64,000 nt of DNA from Malacoraja senta (GCA_038087875.1 CM075988.1:2790001-2854000); one strand, 5' to 3'. Positions 11,596-25,275 are shown, counted from the first letter of the stretch. Translations and numbers: made by a program. Notes: generated by a model not told the origin, from the sequence alone.

Positions 11596-11952
11596 CAAGG
11601 CCTGGATAGAGTGAATGTGGAGAGGATGTTTCCATGAGTGGGAGAGTCTAGGATCAGAGGCCATGGCCTCAGAATAAGATATACCTTTAGAAAGGAGTTG
11701 AAGAGGAGTTTCTAGTCAGAGGGCGGTGAATCTGTGGAATTCATTGCGACAGATGACTGTGGAGGCCACGTCAAAGGATTTTTAAGGTGGAGATCGATAG
11801 ATTCTTGATTAGTAAGGGTGACAGTGGTTACAGGGAGATGGCAGGAGAATGGGGATGAGAGGGAAAGATAGATCAACGATGATCAGCCATGATTGAATGA
11901 CGTACACCTGATGGGCATAATGGCCTAAGTCTGCTCCTAGAAGTTATGAACT
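11596..11952 (+). mobile_element. CR1 3' fragment
   Basis: GTGAATCTGTGGAATTC and CAGCCATGATTGAATG 3'-end motifs shared with other CR1 copies in the window. Confidence 0.75.
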
Positions 11953-12774
11953 AATGAACTTGAAGCTTTTGACCATCTCTAGGTCGGTGTTGTGTGTGGT
12001 CATGTGTATGGGTGTGTGCTGCTTTGCTTCCTGAAGTCAATCACAATCTCCATGCTGACATTGAGGAAGAGATTGTTGTCTTGACAACAGGTTACAAGGT
12101 TCTCAATCTCCTACATCTTGTCATTTTAACGGACCTCTTTATAACGGATTTTGGCTATAGCGGACCCGATCTGTTGTGGACCGATTCTGTGGTTTTACAG
12201 AATGACCACTAGGTGGATGGAGTGAGTGGTGTTTTTGAAGCATTTTAGCTTGGTTTACTTTAGTGATACAGGTTAGAGATGCATGGGTTCCCCCCTTGAG
12301 CATGGACCCCTGTGCGCTCTGCCTCACCCGTGCCACCCCACCCACTACGTATAGAACCAGTGCACCAGAGCACCTGGAGGATACCCACACCACCACAGGG
12401 AGCATCCAAGGCCAGAATCGAACCCGTGCCCCTGGCGCCAAGAGGCAGCGGCTCCACCAGTAACGCACTGAACTCGCACAATCCTCTGAAGCCAACCAAA
12501 CCACAAACCTATGATCAAACCCCGGTCCCTGGCGCTGTGAGGCATCAGCTCCACCAGCTGTGCCATGGTGCCCTTATCTTCAATGTTCAGCTGCTGCACA
12601 CTCAGTTCCACGGTGAGGAGTGGGGTCCAATCAGGTGAAACTTGCCCTCGCACTGAGTCTCTGGTCGCTCGCCACATGCCTTGCATCACCGCTCGGGCGG
12701 CACACCCGATACTGCCTCACGGACACAGTGTGGGACCAACAGACCCCAATCAGTGTGGAGAGGGGACAAATTAT

Positions 12775-13625
12775 CCTCTACAATAACCTTCAACACTGGT
12801 GCTCCGCAAGGCTGCATTCTCACCCCCTTCTTTACTCCTTGTACACCCACGACTGTGCAGCCATGTACAAATCTAACTCAATTTACAAATTCGCAGATGA
12901 CACCACCATTGTGGGCCGGATATCAAATCATGATAAATCGGAGTACAGGAAGGAGATCGAGAACCTCGTGTCCTGGTGTCGAGACAACAACTTTTCTCTC
13001 AATGTCAGCAAGACAAAGGAGATAGTGATTGACTTCAGGAAGTGAAGCGGTACACATACCCCAGTTTGCATTGACGGCGCAAAAGTAGAGATGGTTGAAA
13101 ACTTCAAATTACTAGGAGTCAATATCACCAACAACTTCTCCTGGATCACCCATAATGAAGCAACGGGCAAGAAAGCACACCAACGCCTCTACTTCCTCAG
13201 AAGGCTTAAGAAGTTCAGCATGTCCCAAACAACCCTCACCAACTTCTACAGATGCACCACAGAAAGCATTTTATCGGGATGCATCACAGCTTGGTTTGGG
13301 AACAGCTCCATCCAAGACCACGAGAAATTACAGCAGCCCAGACCATCACACAGACCAACTTCCCTTCCATTGACTCCATTTATACCTCAAGCTGCATCAG
13401 CAAACCCAGCAGCATAATCAAGGACGAGTCGCACCCTGGCCATTCCCTCTTCTCCCCTCTTCCATCGGGTAAAAGGTATAAAAGTGTGAAAACGCACACC
13501 ACCATATTCAGGGACAGTTTCTTCCAACTGTTATCAGGCAACTGAATCATCCTACCACAACCAGAGAGCTGACCTGAACTACCATCTACCTCATCGGTGA
13601 CCTTTGGAATATCTTTGATCGGACT
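12775..13625 (+). mobile_element. Rex1/Babar-type LINE RT fragment
   Basis: NTGAPQGC, LYSLYTHDC, KFADDT, LNVSKTKEIVIDFR, RLYFLRRL motifs spread over frameshifted ORFs. Confidence 0.88.
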
Positions 13626-15290
13626 TTGCTGGGCTGTTTCCACGCTGTATCTCTAAACTAAACTAAACTAAACTGTCCTTACATTTCTACACAAATCATC
13701 TGCTTGCATTCTTAAGCAAGCTTGGAAGACACCATACGTTACTTGTGTTCATTGAAACTCCATGTTCTGCATTCCCATCTCCGTCCAAGCAGCCAATTCT
13801 CAGAAAGTCACACACGGCTTCTCTTGCCCAGACCTGTGCTGCTGATGATAGACTACCGCTGCATATCTGGAGTGCAGGCTCATTGTCAATTCCGAAGTGT
13901 GGATTCTTAGCAGCCTAAATTGACCAGCCTGAAAGAGGTTCCTCTGAAGAGGCAGATATTCTTTTGCATGGGTGGTGCAGTTTGTTGGGCCAGTGCTGTT
14001 GGCCTTGTGCTGAGCCTGGAACTAGGTATGGTCTTGACCCGAAACATCACCCCTTCCTTCTCTCCACAGATGCTGCCTGGTCCGCCTGAGTAACCTAAAG
14101 TATTTTATGTCTATCTTCTGAATAATATGATCTGATTTGATTTGATAGCACGCAAAATAAAAGCATTTCACTGCACCTTGACACATGCGATAATAATAAC
14201 CCTACACTAAACCTAATCAACCCTTGCCTATCTAAATGCAGGTAGATCTGATTATCAGAATCCCATCCAGTTGCTCACCCACCATTGCTGTCAGACTCAC
14301 TGGTCTGTTGTATAAAATTACGAGAGGCATAGATCGGGTAGACACTCAGAATGTAGATAAATATGGAAGAAGCGAGTCCTGTTGATCTGTTCAATATTAT
14401 CATAGAATATTCTCTATCCACCAATGCTGTCTGCCTACCGATGCTTCCAGCTCTTTCTTTTTACTTCTAGTTTCCCAACATCTGCAGTATTTTGTTTTTC
14501 ACTGATTGTTTTTGGGATGTGGACAGTAACAGCTGGATCTTTCTACCAGTGCCCACTGCGCGAGGGAGCATGGCAGAAGCTCTCGGAGAGCCGTGCTGGC
14601 AGTTGCCAACTGTAATAGGCAGCTGGCCACGGAATAGGGTGTTCCTGCCTGGTGTAGGTCTGAGACTCATCTCCTGCTTGCTGCCAAGACCCAGGAACCG
14701 CAAGGAGGAGTGAGTCTGCAACACCGGCCGGTGGACATTGGACAAAGGGCCGGCAAGAGGGGGACCGGTTGGGGGGTTCACGGTCGGCTGTGGGAGGCGC
14801 CCCCTGGGCCACAAAATGCTGAGGGACCCTGGGAGAGGAGAGAGGATGCCTCACTGGCGATCCGAATGAGGTGATGGCTTCAACAGGCCTTTGTGGCCAA
14901 CTGCAGCCTGAACTGTGCAACATGGTGCTAAAATGTGGTGACTGTTGCATACAGACTCAGTGGGCTGTTCCATACATGGGGTACATAATCAGGGATTATC
15001 TTTGTGTATGGCAATAATTACACTGATCTACATGCAAAACAATGTATTTCACTGCACCTTTGGTAAACGTGACAATAAAAGAAACATTGAATCCTTCTTC
15101 TCCGAATATTTTCCCGGTTGTCAGGAGCTGTGTAGTGGGCATCAGTCCCGGTTGCAGAGAACATCATCTACCTCTCTGACTGTGACAAACACTGAGGATC
15201 CTCCACCACTGTTCATTCTCATGTCTGCCTCATGGACATTCTCAACAGTCTAATGGTTCCTTCATTATCACGTGTAGCCTGCAGATCAGT

Positions 15291-17301
15291 TTACAAAACC
15301 TCAAATCACTATACCAAATATATTAAATTTAATTGAAGACTTTGGATCTTTTTCTGGATATAGAATAAATTGAATAAAAGTGAAATTATGCCAATAAAAC
15401 CGAAAGATTCAACACATCTTTTAAAATTCCCTTTTAAAATAGCTACAGAAAAATTTAAATACTGGGATCGAAATTACCAGAACATATCAAGGTATGTTTA
15501 GGGCAAATTTTGACCCCCTACTTAATAAATTAAACACACTAATTAAATTCTGGAAAACGCTCCCGATGTCTTTAATAGGTCGAATAAACGCAATAAAAAT
15601 TATCTTTCTACCACAAATTTTATACCTATTTCAATCAATTCCTATATACTTACCAAAGAAGTTTAAAAAAAACTCGACTCAGATATCACTAATTTTAATG
15701 GGACTATAAATCACATAGAATACAAAAAACTCATCTGAATAAACCTAAAGTATTAGGGGGTTTAGCACTACCTAATTTTATGTATTATTATTGGTCAGTA
15801 AATATTAAAAATATGATTCAACTGATGGATAACTCCGCCCAGCAAGTGGACTGGATTGTAATGGAGAAAGAGGATTGCTCCTCTAGAAACATTGGAGCGA
15901 TCCTCCTTTCTCCAATGAAATTGAATAACATAAATTATAATAAGAACCCAATTATTCATAGTACAATCCGAATTTGGAAACAAATAAAACAAAATTTAAA
16001 ATTAAGAAATTTATCACTTGTATTACCTATAGTTAATAACCCTTTGTTTAATCCTTCTATTATAGATAAAGCTTATACACAATGGGATAGACTAGGAATT
16101 AAAACGCTTGGTGACTTGTATGAAACTGGAAAATTACTTTCATTTCAACAATACAAATAAATATAAACTCGGAAATAATCAATATTTTAAATATTTTCAA
16201 ATATGCGATTATTTGAAAAAATATACAAAAGATCATTATAATAACCCAGTGGATGTATTGGACGAGGCAATGCAGATAAAAGCGGAATCAGCAAACTTAA
16301 TATCATATTTGTGTAATATTCTTAAATGTACAAATACCATCTACGGAGGGTATCAGAAGAGACTGGGAACAAGAGTTAGCTATTAAAATTTCAAAGGAAA
16401 GTTGGAATGAATACTTATTAAACGTGCATAAATGCTCGATTAATGTAAGACACACTTTAATACAATTTAAAATTTTACATAGATTATATTATTGAAAACT
16501 AAAATTCATAAAATTTTCCCAATGTATCATCTATTGTGATAAATGTCAATCCCCAAGAAGCTACTATAGCGCACTCATTCGTTTCTGTACAAAAATTCAA
16601 AAATTTTGGAATGAAATTTTTGAAATCTTTACAAAGTTATTTAAAACAAGACTGATACCCAAAGCAGAATGATTATCTTCGTATAACGGAAGATGGTCCA
16701 GAACTAAATGTGTTCAAAATAAACTAATGGACATGGTTAATAACTGGAAAAAAGCTAATTCTAAAATTTTGAAGAAGGCTCCAATACCAACTATAAATAT
16801 GTGGATTTCAATATGTTTGAAACATTACACCTTGAAGAGATAAGACTCCTCCCAGCAGGTAAACAGATCATTTCCACCTGACGTGGTCTGCTTTATAGAA
16901 TTATTAACAAAAATAGGTTGCAAAAGTACTTTAAAAAAAAAAAAATTGAGGTCAGGTAACGGGGGATGATAGTTGAAGAGTTGGTATGTCCCATTTACGT
17001 AATGCTCAAAAAATATTTGTTTCTCTCTTTTTCCTCTTTCTCTTTCCTTTCTTTCTAGGGCCTATTTCTTAACTCTTTTCTTTTGTTTTTAATTTTGCTC
17101 TTATAGGGTCTTTGTCTTTTTTGTTGTCATTTTCTACACTCTCAACTTTTTCCTTCACTTTCTTCTTTCTTTCAATCTTTTCCTTTTCTAGTGTAAAAAA
17201 TAAATGGAGTACATTAATTGTAAGAAGATATAAATGACGAGTACTAAGTATGCGGTTTGTAATGTAATGTACTTCTAATAATAAAAATAAAAATAAAAAA
17301 A
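15291..17301 (+). mobile_element. 5'-truncated, decayed L1-clade LINE
   Basis: AT-rich ORF2 remnants (WKTLPMSLIGRINAIKIIFLPQILYLFQSIP; GGLALPN..YYW), T-rich 3' UTR, A-rich tail 17278-17301; 15-bp TSD AGC(C/A)TGCAGATCAGT at 15276-15290 and 17302-17316. Confidence 0.9.
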
Positions 17302-17539
17302 AGCATGCAGATCAGTAAGATTATTGTTATACATAAAGTACAATAAATACACAATACATAGAAACAGCCCCTGAGTCTACACTATGTGTGAGAATGACAT
17401 GCTGGTTTAAACCGAAGACAGACATAAAAAGCTGAGTAACTCAGCGGGTCAGCAGCATCTCTGGAGGGAAGGGATTGGTGATGTTTCGGGTTGAGTACCC
17501 AGTCTGAAGATGGGTTATTCTGTGAACCATCAACCCACT

Positions 17540-17830
17540 CCTTTTTTGGCCATCTTCAACACTCATGCCCGAGGTGCTTCCCATCGCTGACCATGTGGGC
17601 ACGGAAGGTAAGACCCTGTTCCTTGTTACCGCCCTTTGTCCAGCATCCGCCGTCATCGCCGACTCCCTCCACCTCCTCTCCGGTTCCCGGTCTTCGATGG
17701 TGAGCAGGGCCCGGGCATCGATAGCGTCCATAACCACCGAGATCAATGCCTCTTCCAAACAGTCACACAGCATCTGCAGCTCAGGCTCCATCTCCGCAAC
17801 TCTGAAGGAAAGCTTTAGGCCACCAAATCT
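17540..17830 (-). other. Open frame resembling a LINE ORF1 coiled-coil remnant, or an unknown exon
   Basis: LKLSFRVAEMEPELQML..LEEAL heptad-like pattern and CpG-rich composition; resemblance judged by eye only. Confidence 0.25.
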
Positions 17831-18519
17831 GCGCCGGCCAGCGCTCACCCTTTACACAACACATTCTACACAGAAGTGACAATTCACAATTTACCAAAGC
17901 CGAATTCATCTACACACCTGCATGTGTTTGGAGTGTGGGTGGAAGCCGGAGAACCCAGAGAAAACCCATGCGGTCACGGGGAGAACAACAAACTCCGTAC
18001 CGGTAGCACCCGTAGTCAGGGATTGGACCTGGCTGTAATGGTGGCAGCACCTCCACCACTGTCCCCCGTGCCATGCTACTTCCTGAGTGTACACACTGCG
18101 ACCAGCTCACTGTGGGTCTGATTCATGCTGAACACCTCCAAACATGAATTCATCCTGTTGCACTGGCACAGTCAGCAATGAAATCTTACGTGCTCAGGGC
18201 AAATACCATAACTCTCTTTGTCCTTCTCATCCTATCTGCTGTCTCCCACACATGGAGCACATAACTCTCCTCCATCTCCCCTTTACCATCTTCCAACAAG
18301 GTAACACCACAGTCTCATTCTTGATCAAAATACACAGTACTGGAGTAAGTCAGTGGGTCAGGCAGCATCTCTGGAGGACATGGATCGGTGACGTATTGAA
18401 TTGGGACCCTTCTTCAGACCTGAAAGTCGCCGATCCATGTTCTCCAGAGATGCTGCCTGATCCACTGAGTTCTTCCAGCATTTTGTGTTTTTGCTCAAGA
18501 TGCCAGCATCTACAGTTCA

Positions 18520-18875
18520 TACAACATAGAACATGGATCATAGAACATAGGTCATAAATCATAGAACAGAACATAGTCTATGTTCTGTCTATGATCTATG
18601 ATCTATGATAATCATTATCATAGATCATAGAACATAGATTATAGATCATAGAACATAGATCATAGATCATAGAACATAGAACCTAGAACATAGATCATAG
18701 ATCATTGAACATAGAACATGATCAAAGATCATAGAACATAGATCATAGAACATAGATCATAGATCATAGAACATAGAACCTAGAACATAGATCATAGATC
18801 ATTGAACATAGAACATTGATCAAAGATCATAGAACATAGATCATAGAATATAGATCATAGAATATAGATCATAGA
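18520..18875. repeat. 7-bp unit satellite (ATAGAAC/ATAGATC) with an internal inversion and a ~97-bp higher-order repeat
   Basis: Read directly; inverted block at about 18577-18611. Confidence 0.92.
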
Positions 18876-19142
18876 AAAAAATGCTCTCCTTGCATGCTCA
18901 TCACATGCACAGTCCTTTTCAGACAGGCTGGTTTAGCAAAATATTCAACAAAAATCTGGTAAAGTGGAGCTGTCATCTTTGTTCCTCCGCACAGCCTTTG
19001 TACAAGCCCCACCAGTGTTCTCGGCAGTCTCTGGGGCTGGACCTAACTGTTGGCCATCCTAATATCACCACCAACCTCTGCCTGAGTTAGAGATCTTATA
19101 GCCCCCCCCCCCCCCCCCCCCCCCAACACTGTTATACCCACT

Positions 19143-19460
19143 AGGGCGACATGATGGCACAGCGGTAGAGTTGTTGCATTAAAGTACTTGCAGTGCCAGA
19201 GACCTGGGTTTGATCCCGACTACAGGTGCTGTGTGTACAGAGTTTGCACGTTCTCCCCGTGACCATATGGGTTTTCTCCGAGATCTTCGGTTTCCTCCCA
19301 CACGCCAAGGACGCACAGGCTTGTAGGTTAATTGGCTTAGTGTATGTGTAAAATTGTCCCTAGTGTGTGTAGGATAGTGTTAGTGTGCGGGGATCGCTGG
19401 TCGGTGCGGACTCGGTGGGCCGAAGGGCCTGTTTCCGCGCTGTATCTCTAAACTAAACTG
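19143..19460 (+). mobile_element. tRNA-derived V-domain SINE, near full length
   Basis: A box TGGCACAGCGG, B box GGTTTGATCCC, central V-like core, (TAAAC)n tail. Further copies or fragments near 17870-18070(-), 21550-21810(-), 29830-30140(+), 30500-30800(-), 31960-32235(-), 32500-32780(+), 33775-33930(+), 35095-35330(-), 38210-38515(-), 53930-54240(-). Confidence 0.9.
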
Positions 19461-20676
19461 AAATATAATCCACATACAATATTAATGATTGTATTGTGTA
19501 GTTTCACGTGTGCTGGTCAATACTATGGTATTTCTATGTGTCAGAAGGAACTGTAGATGCTGGTTTATACCGAAGATAGACACAAAGTGATGGAGTAACT
19601 CAGCGGGTCAGGCAGCATCTCTGGAGGGAAGGAATGGGTGACGTTTTAGGTCTGTAGAAGGGTTCCGACCTATAACGTCACTCATCCTTTTTCTCCAGAG
19701 ATGCTGCCTGACCTACTGAGTTACTCCAGTACTCTATGAAGTTTCGATATTTTTTTCACTTATGCTACATTATTTCTTTACAATAGAACTACATGTTAGA
19801 CAATTCCGGGAACATTCTCGTTTTTTAAGATGTTAAAAAGCAAGATTATTAGCATAACGTTCCCTGAAGTTCCAATGATTGTGATATCTGGATATTCAGA
19901 AGAGGGTCTATCGTATTCAATGGTGTATCGTTTAATTTGACTGAATAGCACGTATAACAAGCATTTCACTATATCTCTGTACATGTGACAACACATAAAC
20001 CACTGACCCATTCACCCATGTAAACTGAATTAGAAGGTATTTGCTATAAGGAAAGATTGTACAAACTTAGATTGTTTTCCATTGAGTTCAAAGTCTGAGG
20101 TGTATGACAGAGGTATAAAAACATAAGAAAGGCATAGATAGGGTGGACAGTCAGAACGGTGGAATTGCCAAATATTAAGGGCGTAGGTTTAAGATCAGAG
20201 GGAGAAAGTTTATATTAGATTTCCATGGTGAATTTGTTACATGTAGTGGTGGGTGCCTTGAATGAGCTGCTAGGGATGGTGGTGGAGGCAGGTATGAAAT
20301 GATAGTGTTCTATTTTCAACTTTTACCCGCGCTGCTCACATTGCAGAGATTGCACTGAATGCCCACAAATACTGTACAGTTTCACTGTTCGTATCCCTTC
20401 ATTATCAACTCCTCCACAGCCAACAATGGACCATTGTGGGCTCCATCTTTCCTGGGTCATCGGTGCCAGCTCTGATTTGTTCTCTTCTTTTGATGCCTCT
20501 AGCTTTTCCCTCTCAACTGACTCTCAGTCTGAAGAAGGGCTCGACAGTGTCAGAGGTTATGGGGAGAAGGCAGGAGAATGGGGTTAGGAGGGAAAGATCA
20601 ATCAGCCATGATTGAATGGCGGAGTAGACGGTGGGCCAAATGGCCTAATTCTACTTCTATCCCTTATGACTTTATT

Positions 20677-21208
20677 TTCGGAAGTGGTGGCGCCTCGGGG
20701 CAGCGGCCTCTACAGTCCGACTGTGTTTTTTTTCCTTTTTGTACTGTTAAGTTCATGTTTTGGTTGTAGTTTATATATTGTTTTTAGCGGGGCCTTACAT
20801 CGCCCGGCGCGGCTTTAACCGCCGCGGGACTTGCCATCGCTCGCCGGGGGCTCCAACATCAAGACAAATGAAGTCCTTTGTCATGTGACAAATAAAGAAC
20901 CTTTGAACCTTTGAACCTTTGAAGACCCGGAGCAGGCCTTACATCGCCCGGCGTGACCTTAACCGCCACGGGACTTGCCATCGCCCGCCCGGGGCTTTAA
21001 CAGCGGGAGAAGAATAAAGAACAGGGGAGAGTCAAGACTTTGCCTTGGGATGTGTTTGGAGATTCACTGTGATGGATGTTTATGTAAATTGTGTTAATTA
21101 TGTGCCTTGTTTTTTTTTTCTTGTTTGTATGACTGCAGAAACGTAATTTCGTTTGAACTTAGGTTCAAAATGACAATAAACGTTATTCTATTCTATATTC
21201 TATTCTAT
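20677..21208 (+). mobile_element. Non-coding GC-rich retroposon with a Rex1-like GACAATAAA plus microsatellite tail
   Basis: Internal ~60-bp duplication (GGCCTTACATCGCCCGGCG.. near 20791 and 20935); ends GACAATAAACG(TTCTA)n. Confidence 0.6.
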
Positions 21209-22062
21209 TTATGGCCTTATGAGCCGAAACATCACCCATTCCTTTTCTCCAGAGATGCTGCTTGACCCGCTGAGAACTCCAGCATTTTGTGTCTATCTTC
21301 TTATATGAGGACCAGGAGGTCTGTTGTTTGAGTAATACAACACACAACATGGTTACACTGAGTGAAATCAAAGCTGCCATGACACAATGTGTTCCTCTCC
21401 CACTGTAAAGTGCCACTTCAATCATTAAAATGGAAATCGGTGCTAGAAAAACAACCCTCTCATGAGACTGCACAGACTCAGAAAGATTTGCGAAAAGTTA
21501 AGAATAAACTCACAATTGCACTTATCAGACCTTTGAATCGAATTGAAATGAAAGACACAGCATGGAACCAGGCTCATCAACCCACCGAATCCACATCGAC
21601 CATCGATCACCCGTTCACACTAGTTCTACATTATCCCATGTTCGCATCTATTTCCTACACACTAGGGGCCATTAACTTACAAACCCACACATTTTTGCGA
21701 TGTGGGAGGAAACCGGAGCACCCAGAGGAAACCCACGCAGTCACCTGGAGAACTTACAATCTCCAAACAGACAGCACCCAAGGACAGGATTGAACCAGCT
21801 GCACCACCGTCCCACTTCTCATGCTACAGATTAACTCATTGAAAAACAATAACATTGCTTGCTGGAAACTGAGATAAAAGCAGAGAATTCTGGCAACACT
21901 CGGCACGCCAAGCAGCATCTGCAGGAAGAGAAACGGCACAATATCATTGTCATCCAGCACTCACTGGTGGAACAGGGTCATGGAGGTCACCAGGTGGTTG
22001 TGAGGTTGGTGTTCCTGGTATTCCGGCACCTCTGGAGAAAAGGAATAGGTGACATTTCGGGT

Positions 22063-22777
22063 TAAGGACAAGGACAAGGACAAAGGACATTTATTATCAC
22101 GTACACCAATTGGTGAAGTGAAATTTGTCTTGCCATGCAGCACACAGATAAAGATAAGACACAACATTAAAGAATTTAACAATAAACATAAAAACATCCC
22201 CCCACAATGGTTCCCACTGTGAGGGAAGGCACAAAGTCCAGTCCCCATCCCCATGTCCACCCATAGTCGGGCCTATTGAGGCCTCCACAGTCGCCGCTAC
22301 GGGGGGCCGATGTTACAGGCCCTTCTTCGCTGGGTGATGGTGCTCCGGCGTCGAGGGGGAGAACCCTCTCAGCGGCTTGGGATACCTGGAACGGCATCCT
22401 TACTGGAGACCGCGGCTTCCGAAGCCAACAGGCCGCGCTGGATGGAGCTTCACCGCTGGCGATCTCGGCGAGATCCCAGGCACCCGGTGTAAAGTTCAGC
22501 GCCGCCGCCCGTGGCTGGCCGCTCCACAGTCCCGCAGCTCCGCGATGTTCATCGGCAGTCCAGGCCCGCTGGTAGGCCGCGAGGACGGGTATACGGTGCA
22601 GCCCGGAGAAAAGCCGCCTCTCCGACCAGGTAGGGACCCTGAAAAGCAGTTCCCCCCTCCCCCCCCCACCCCCATATAAAAAAGACTAGAACTCTGAAAA
22701 CAAAAACTCAACTAACTAAAAATTAAAAAAAGAGAGAAAAAACGGACAGCCATACCCGTACAGGACGGCGCCCCCTA
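22063..22777 (-). mobile_element. Non-coding GC-rich retroposon with (TGTCCT)n tail
   Basis: Minus strand ends AATTTCACTTCACCAATTGGTGTACGTGATAATAAA(TGTCCT)n; CpG-rich body suggests a young copy. Confidence 0.6.
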
Positions 22778-22951
22778 GCTGATGACAGTAAACGGATTAG
22801 TTGAGATCTTTCTTCACACTGTGGATAACACTGTGTAGGTAATGAAGATCAGCACTTTGGTAATCATTGATTTCTATCTGTCAATGGCCACTGAGGAAGT
22901 TATTAATTCTAGCACTGTGAATGTACAATTGCAAGTCTAGTCTGTGTGAAG

Positions 22952-24323
22952 TAGATACATACATAGATACATAGAAAATAGGTGCAGGAGTAGGCCATTC
23001 GGCCCTTCGAGCCTGCACCGCCATTCAATATGATCAGGGCTGATCATCCAACTCAGTATCCCGTACCTGCTTTCTCTCCATACCCCCTGATCCCCTTAGC
23101 CACAAGGGCCACATCTAACTCCCTCTTAAATATAGCCAATGAACTGGCCTCAACTACCCTCTGTGGCAGAGAGTTCCAGAGATTCACCACTCTCTGTGTG
23201 AAATTTTTTTTCCTCATCTCGGTCTTAAAGGATTTCCCCCTTATCCTTAAGCTGTGACCCCTTGTCCTGGACTTCCCCAACATCGGGACAATCTTCCTGC
23301 ATCTAGCCTGTCCAACCCCAGAAGAATTTTGTACGTTTCTATAAGATCCCCTCTCAATCTCCTAAATTCTAGCGAGTATAAGCCAAGTCTATCCAGTCTT
23401 TCTTCATATGAAAGTCCTGACATCCCAGGAATCAGTCTGGTGAACCTTCTCTGCACTCCCTCTATGGCTATAATGTCCTTCCTCAGATTTGGAGACCAAA
23501 ACTGTACGCAATACTCCAGGTGTGGTCTCACCAAGACCCTGTACAACTGCATTAGAACCTCCCTGCTTCTATACTCAAATTCTCTTGCTATGAAAGCCAA
23601 CATACCATTCGCTTTCTTCACTGCCTGCTGCACCTGCATGCCTACTTTCAATGACTGGTGCACCATGACACCCAGGTCTCGCTGCATCTCCCCATTTCCT
23701 AATCGGCCACCATTTAGATAATAGTCTGCCTTCCCGTTTTTGCCACCAAAGTGGATAACCTCACATTTATCCACATTATACTGCATCTGCCAAACATTTC
23801 ACCACTCACCCAGCCTATCCAAGTCACCTTCCAGTCTCCTAGCATCCTCCTCACAGCTAACACTGCCCCCCAGCTTCGTGTCTTCCGCAAACTTGGAGAT
23901 GTTGCTTTCAATTCCCTCATCCAGGTCATTAATATAAATTGTAAATAGCTGGGGTCCCAGCACTGAGCCTTGCGGTACCCCACTAGTCACTGCCTGCCAT
24001 TGTGAAAAGGACCCGTTTAATCCTACTCTTTGCTTCCTGTTTGCCAGCCAGTTCTCTATCCACATCAATACTGAACCCCCAATACCGTGTGATTTAAGTT
24101 TGTATCCTAATCTCTTATGTGGTACCTTGTCGAAAGCCTTCTGAAAGTCCAGATACAACACATCCACTGGTTCTCCCCTATCCACTCTACTCGTTACATC
24201 CTCGAAAAATTCTATAAGATTCGTCAGACACGATTTACCTTTCGTAAATCCATGCTGACTTTGTCCAATGATTTCACCACTTTCCAAATGTGCTGCTATC
24301 CCATCTTTAATAACTGACTCTAG
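22952..24323 (-). mobile_element. CR1 LINE (RT and 3' end) running into the assembly gap
   Basis: [55 protein letters not shown]; (TATCTATG)n tail. Confidence 0.93.
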
Positions 24324-24523
24324 NNNNNNNNNNNNNNNNNNNNNNNNNNNNNNNNNNNNNNNNNNNNNNNNNNNNNNNNNNNNNNNNNNNNNNNNNNNNN
24401 NNNNNNNNNNNNNNNNNNNNNNNNNNNNNNNNNNNNNNNNNNNNNNNNNNNNNNNNNNNNNNNNNNNNNNNNNNNNNNNNNNNNNNNNNNNNNNNNNNNN
24501 NNNNNNNNNNNNNNNNNNNNNNN
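24324..24523. other. Assembly gap (200 N)
   Basis: Run of exactly 200 N; the flanks (mid-CR1 on the left, SINE end on the right) do not join. Confidence 0.99.
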
Positions 24524-24659
24524 GCTGCTGGTCTGCGAGGATTGCTGGTCGACGCTGACTCAGAGCTTTCCATGCTGCATCTCTGAACTAAACTGAACAA
24601 AACTTTTTCTCCAGAGATGTTGCTTGACCCACTGAGTTAGTCCAGCAAATTGTGTCTAT

Positions 24660-25275
24660 CTTAAGCACATGGTATGCTTGCCTTCATTGGTCGAGGCATT
24701 GAGTATGATAGTCAAGAAGTCAGATACAGCTTTATTGGACATTGACTAGTCTGCATTTGGAGTATTGTGTACAGTTCTGGTTGTCCCATTATAGGAAGGA
24801 TGTGAAGGTTCTTGAAAGGGTAAAGAGGTGGTTTACCAGAATGATGTCTGGATTTAAGGGTTATTAGCTACAGGGTTAGACAGGCTTTGATTGTTTTCTC
24901 TGGAATACTGGAATTTTAGTGGAGACTAGAGAGAAGAAGATAAAGTTATGGGAGGCCTAGGTAGGGTTGACAGACTATTTTTCCCAGGGTGGAAATATCA
25001 CATACTAGAGGGTATAGCTTTAAGGTGAGAGGGTCAAAGTTCAAATATGTGCGGGGCAAGTTGTTTTAAACAGAGGGTGGTGGGTGCCTGGGACGCGCTG
25101 CCAAGGGTTATGGTGGAGGCAGATACGATAGAGGTCTTTAAGAGACTTTTGGATTGGTGCATGGATAATGGAGGGATATCGATTATGTGCAGGCAGATAA
25201 GAGTTGGTCTTGACATCGTATTTGGCACAGATGTTGTGGGCTGAAGGGCCTGTTCCTGTGCCATTACTATTCTAT
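24660..25275 (+). mobile_element. Old CR1 3' fragment
   Basis: Degenerate HLEYCVQFW and RVVGAWDALP..VEAD motifs. Confidence 0.75.

Noticed and set aside
14467..14950. GC-rich unique-looking segment with ORFs on both strands
   Set aside because: No recognisable domain or consistent splice-site pair, and it is not the Kir3 terminal exon.
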